64,000 nucleotides of DNA from an uncultured bacterium (lineage in GTDB: Bacteria > Chloroflexota > UBA5177 > JANWHV01), in NCBI GenBank assembly GCA_963827235.1, contig CAWHAE010000009.1, positions 608,001 through 672,000 of the forward strand, given 5' to 3'. Below are positions 58,377-64,000 of the stretch, piece after piece (within the stretch, counting starts at the first letter, position 1; each line of letters starts with the position of its first letter). The notes under the pieces were generated by a model. The model ran no database searches, was not told where the DNA came from, and was given only the letters and a program-made list of their open reading frames with translations. A program made the translations under genes and the position numbers.

Positions 58377-60056
58377 ATGAGAATTCAAGACCAACTGGCA
58401 CCCCTGATACTCGAGGCGATTGCAGCGGCTCAGCGGGCAGGCGATCTGCCTGCCTTCGATTTGACGCCAGACGCCATTCCACTCGAGCGCCCCAAGACCG
58501 AGGAACACGGCGATTTCGCCTCGCCCGTCGCCATGCAGCTTGCGCGGCCGGCGCGCCGATCGCCGAGGTCTATTGCGGAGACGCTGGCGCGGTATCTGGC
58601 GCCGGGCTCGCAGGAGCTGATCGCCGCCGTGGAGGTGGCCGGGCCCGGGTTCTTGAATTTCCGTCTTTCGCCGGCCTGGCTGGCCAAGCACGTGGATGCA
58701 GTGCTGGCCGCCGGCGTCGAGTACGCTAACCCGGGAATTGGGGCCGGCAAGAGCGCGCAGGTCGAGTTCGTCTCCGCCAACCCGACCGGTCCCTTGACCG
58801 TCGGGCACGGCCGCGGCGCGGTGATCGGCGACACGCTGGCCAACATCCTGGCTGCCGGCGGCTACCGGGTCGAGCGCGAATTCTATTTCAACGACGGCGG
58901 TCTGCAGATGCGGCGCCTGGCCGAATCGGTGCGCGCGCGGGCGCGCCAGCTGCGCGGCGAAGAGGTTGAGCTGCCCGACGACTCCTACACCGGCGAGTAC
59001 ATCACGGACATCGCCGCGGATCTGATCGCCAAAATGGGCGACGAGGCGGTGGTCACCGCCGATTGGACCGTGCTGCGCGATGCTGCGGTGGCCGCCATGT
59101 TCGCCCAGATCCGGCAGACGCTGGACAGTCTTGGCGTGCACATGGACAACTTCTTCAACGAGATGTCGCTGCTCGACACGAGCAGGCCGATCAACGTGTG
59201 GACGGTCGTGGAGGACCTACGTGCGCGGGGCTTTGCCTACGACGCCGACGGGGCTGTCTGGTTCAAGGCGACCGCGTTCGGCGCCGACAAGGATCGCGTG
59301 CTGGTGCGCTCGACCGGCGAGCCCACCTATCGCCTGCCCGACATCGCCTACCATATCGACAAGCTCGAACGCGGCTTCGACGTGGCGGTAAACGTGCTGG
59401 GCGCCGATCACATAGCCGAGTTCCCGGACATCACCGCCGCGGTGGGCGCGCTGGGCTACGATGCCGGCAGGCTGCGCCTGGTGATTAACCAGTTCGTCAC
59501 GCTCATGCGGGGCGGTGAGCCCGTCAAGATGAGCAAGCGGAAAGCCAACTACGTGACGCTCGACGAGCTGATCGACGAAGTCGGCGCCGATGCCGTGCGT
59601 TACTTCATGAACAGCCGCACCACGGGCAGCCACTTCGAGTTCGACCTCGACCTTGCCAAGGAGATGAACGACACTAACCCCGTGTTCTACATCCAGTACG
59701 CGCACGCGCGCACGGCCGGTATCCTCGATCGCGTGGCGCCCACGTCCGGCATCGCCTTCGACGCGGCCGCGGACGTGGCATTGCTGCAGCACTCCTCGGA
59801 GCAGGCGCTCATCCAGCAGATATTGCGCCTAGAAGACACGCTGGTGCAATGTATCGAGCGCCTCGAGCCCCATCACATCACATACTATGCAACGGAGCTT
59901 GCAACGGCATTCTCGGCCTTCTATCGCGATTGCCGCGTGCTGGATCCGGAGGCACCGGCACTCAGCCAGGCACGTCTGAAGCTGGTGAAGGCAACGCAGA
60001 TCGCGCTGGCACGCAGCCTGGGTCTGATGGGTATGGGAGCGCCGGCTCAGATGTAG
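58377..60056 (+). CDS. argS: Arginine--tRNA ligase
   Basis: HGDFA, GPGFLNF, EFVSANPTGPLTVGHGR, GADH, KMSKR, YIQYAHAR. Confidence 0.96.
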   Translation: MRIQDQLAPLILEAIAAAQRAGDLPAFDLTPDAIPLERPKTEEHGDFASPVAMQLARPARRSPRSIAETLARYLAPGSQELIAAVEVAGPGFLNFRLSPAWLAKHVDAVLAAGVEYANPGIGAGKSAQVEFVSANPTGPLTVGHGRGAVIGDTLANILAAGGYRVEREFYFNDGGLQMRRLAESVRARARQLRGEEVELPDDSYTGEYITDIAADLIAKMGDEAVVTADWTVLRDAAVAAMFAQIRQTLDSLGVHMDNFFNEMSLLDTSRPINVWTVVEDLRARGFAYDADGAVWFKATAFGADKDRVLVRSTGEPTYRLPDIAYHIDKLERGFDVAVNVLGADHIAEFPDITAAVGALGYDAGRLRLVINQFVTLMRGGEPVKMSKRKANYVTLDELIDEVGADAVRYFMNSRTTGSHFEFDLDLAKEMNDTNPVFYIQYAHARTAGILDRVAPTSGIAFDAAADVALLQHSSEQALIQQILRLEDTLVQCIERLEPHHITYYATELATAFSAFYRDCRVLDPEAPALSQARLKLVKATQIALARSLGLMGMGAPAQM

Positions 60057-60081
60057 AGCGATGTAGAGGCGGCCTACATGC

Positions 60082-60375
60082 TCAGAAGGGCTCAACCAGC
60101 TCGATGATGGAGTCGAGGACCTCGGCCTCGGCATTGGCGGTGGTCACGAAGTCCACCACCTTCTGCATCACTTCGTGGGCATGCGCTCCATTGCCGCTCA
60201 CGCAGGCGACGCCGATGGTCGCCCGTTGCCAGAGGTCCTGATCGTCTACCTCGGCGATGGCCACCTGAAAGCGCACGCGGGCACGCTCGATGATGCTGCG
60301 CACGATCTGGCGTTTGTCCTTCAGGGAGCGGCATCCCTCGAGCCCCAGCTCAATGCGGGCGATTGCCGTGATCAT
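60082..60375 (-). CDS. DUF503 (YlxP-like) protein
   Basis: SLKDKRQIVRS......F.VA.AEV..QD.WQ...IG.A.VS. Confidence 0.88.
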   Translation of the reverse strand: MITAIARIELGLEGCRSLKDKRQIVRSIIERARVRFQVAIAEVDDQDLWQRATIGVACVSGNGAHAHEVMQKVVDFVTTANAEAEVLDSIIELVEPF

Positions 60376-60544
60376 GAGATAACCGCTGTACGTCCATGCT
60401 CGAGCAACGCGACCTTGTTCTCAGGGGCTGCGGCGAGAGGCGCCGGGCAGAGCAGCGGTTCCTGAAGCGAGAACGTCCTGTGGTCGCGTCCACGGCACGC
60501 AAGGGCGAGGCGATCTGGAGATCGCCGGTGGGCATGCTGCCGCT

Positions 60545-61000
60545 TCACGACACCAGGCGGGACGGAGAGTGCGTGCATACCCATTCGATGGCATGAGCGA
60601 GGCGCTGGATGTCATGTGTTTGCCGGCACACCAGCGACTCGGCGACCCGAATACAGAGCGGCTGCGCGAGCGCGAAAAGGGTCAGCACCAGAAGCAGCAC
60701 GGCGCCTGCCACGTGGAAGCCGGCGATGAGATCGACGCAGGCGAGCAAGGCCACGGCGGGAACGAGAATGGGGTCGATGCCGAGCACAAGCTTGATCGTG
60801 CGATGGGCGAGCAGCGGATGGCGGAAGGGAAGCTGCGGCACGGGCGCATCGGGAGGCAGAAGGGTCAGCGAGTGCTCGAGAGCGGACCAGGCCTTGGCAT
60901 TTTCCAGCAGCCTGGGCACCGCGCGCTGCACGGCCTGCCAGGCGAGCAAGAGCCCTAGCGCGGTGCCGGCGAGAAGCATGATTGCGGACGCGAATAACAT
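60545..61000 (-). CDS. Hypothetical membrane protein
   Basis: Three hydrophobic segments; start uncertain. Confidence 0.5.
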   Translation of the reverse strand: MLFASAIMLLAGTALGLLLAWQAVQRAVPRLLENAKAWSALEHSLTLLPPDAPVPQLPFRHPLLAHRTIKLVLGIDPILVPAVALLACVDLIAGFHVAGAVLLLVLTLFALAQPLCIRVAESLVCRQTHDIQRLAHAIEWVCTHSPSRLVS

Positions 61001-61160
61001 ACTCTTTACCCCGGTAATGAGGAGTATCGCGAACAATCCTTCTACTGTTGTACCAGGATGAGTGCCCAAAAGGCGAGCAGAAATATCCTTGAAGATAAAC
61101 ACACCGGCAACCGCGCACGTCTTTGGCCGGCGCCCTGTTGGACCGGGCATGGGGAGATAG

Positions 61161-61190
61161 ACAGAAGGCTCCCGTGAGGGAGCCTTCTGT
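61161..61190 (-). terminator. rRNA operon terminator hairpin
   Basis: ACAGAAGGCTCCC-GTGA-GGGAGCCTTCTGT, 13-bp stem just past the 5S 3' end. Confidence 0.8.
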
Positions 61191-61195
61191 TGTAG

Positions 61196-61314
61196 TCCTG
61201 GCACTGGCCTATCTTCCCACAAGGTTGCCCTTGCAGTAGTGTCGGCGCTGCGACGTTTCACGACCGTGTTCGGGACGGGAACGGGTGGGACCATCGCGCA
61301 CTGGGGCACCAGGA
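61196..61314 (-). rRNA. rrf: 5S ribosomal RNA
   Basis: TCCTGGTG...CCACCCGTTCCCGTCCCGAACACGG..GTGAAAC...GCGCCGA...GCCAGGA. Confidence 0.95.
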
Positions 61315-61524
61315 CATCGCATGCTTCGAGCGAATAGGATACAGGCATTCGGGCACGAAGAGCAATCGCATAGGGCACCGACGAACGTTACCGTTGACGG
61401 GCATGGTGGCCACCCTCTTGGAGAAGGCGACGTCCGGCCCCGCCGGCGTAGAGCGCATAGGGCGCACGTGCGAGAGATGCGCGCAGGATAGCGATTGTGA
61501 GAACAGAGCAGAGGTAGAGAAAAG

Positions 61525-64000
<2,476 letters not shown>

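Overview
A high-GC bacterial chromosome segment, by gene content probably from a monoderm Chloroflexota-like lineage (inference). Housekeeping and metabolic genes include gdhA, an OmpR/HAMP two-component pair, queG, PMM/PGM, deoB, ada-alkA/ogt, an ECF sigma/anti-sigma pair, aroF, csoR, apt, infA and argS. The 3' part of an rRNA operon (partial 23S plus 5S) lies on the minus strand at the end. Accessory content: two type II toxin-antitoxin modules (one toxin has an in-frame stop), an intact IS66-family element with inverted repeats and an 8-bp target duplication, several pseudogene fragments, and a visibly more AT-rich ~12 kb surface-glycosylation cluster with three GT-C/PMT-like enzymes. Most notable observations: (1) a secreted PQQ-type beta-propeller dehydrogenase fused to a sulfocyanin-like blue-copper domain; (2) an unannotated YYWWF leader-peptide attenuator ahead of a DAHP synthase that lacks a regulatory domain; (3) three tandem 55-bp repeats forming the apparent 5' UTR of the glycosylation cluster; (4) a compact candidate structured RNA upstream of an NlpC/P60-SH3 hydrolase; (5) a CopC-CopD-propeller fusion whose CopC copper histidines are replaced. 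All calls come from reading the sequence by eye; no database searches were run.
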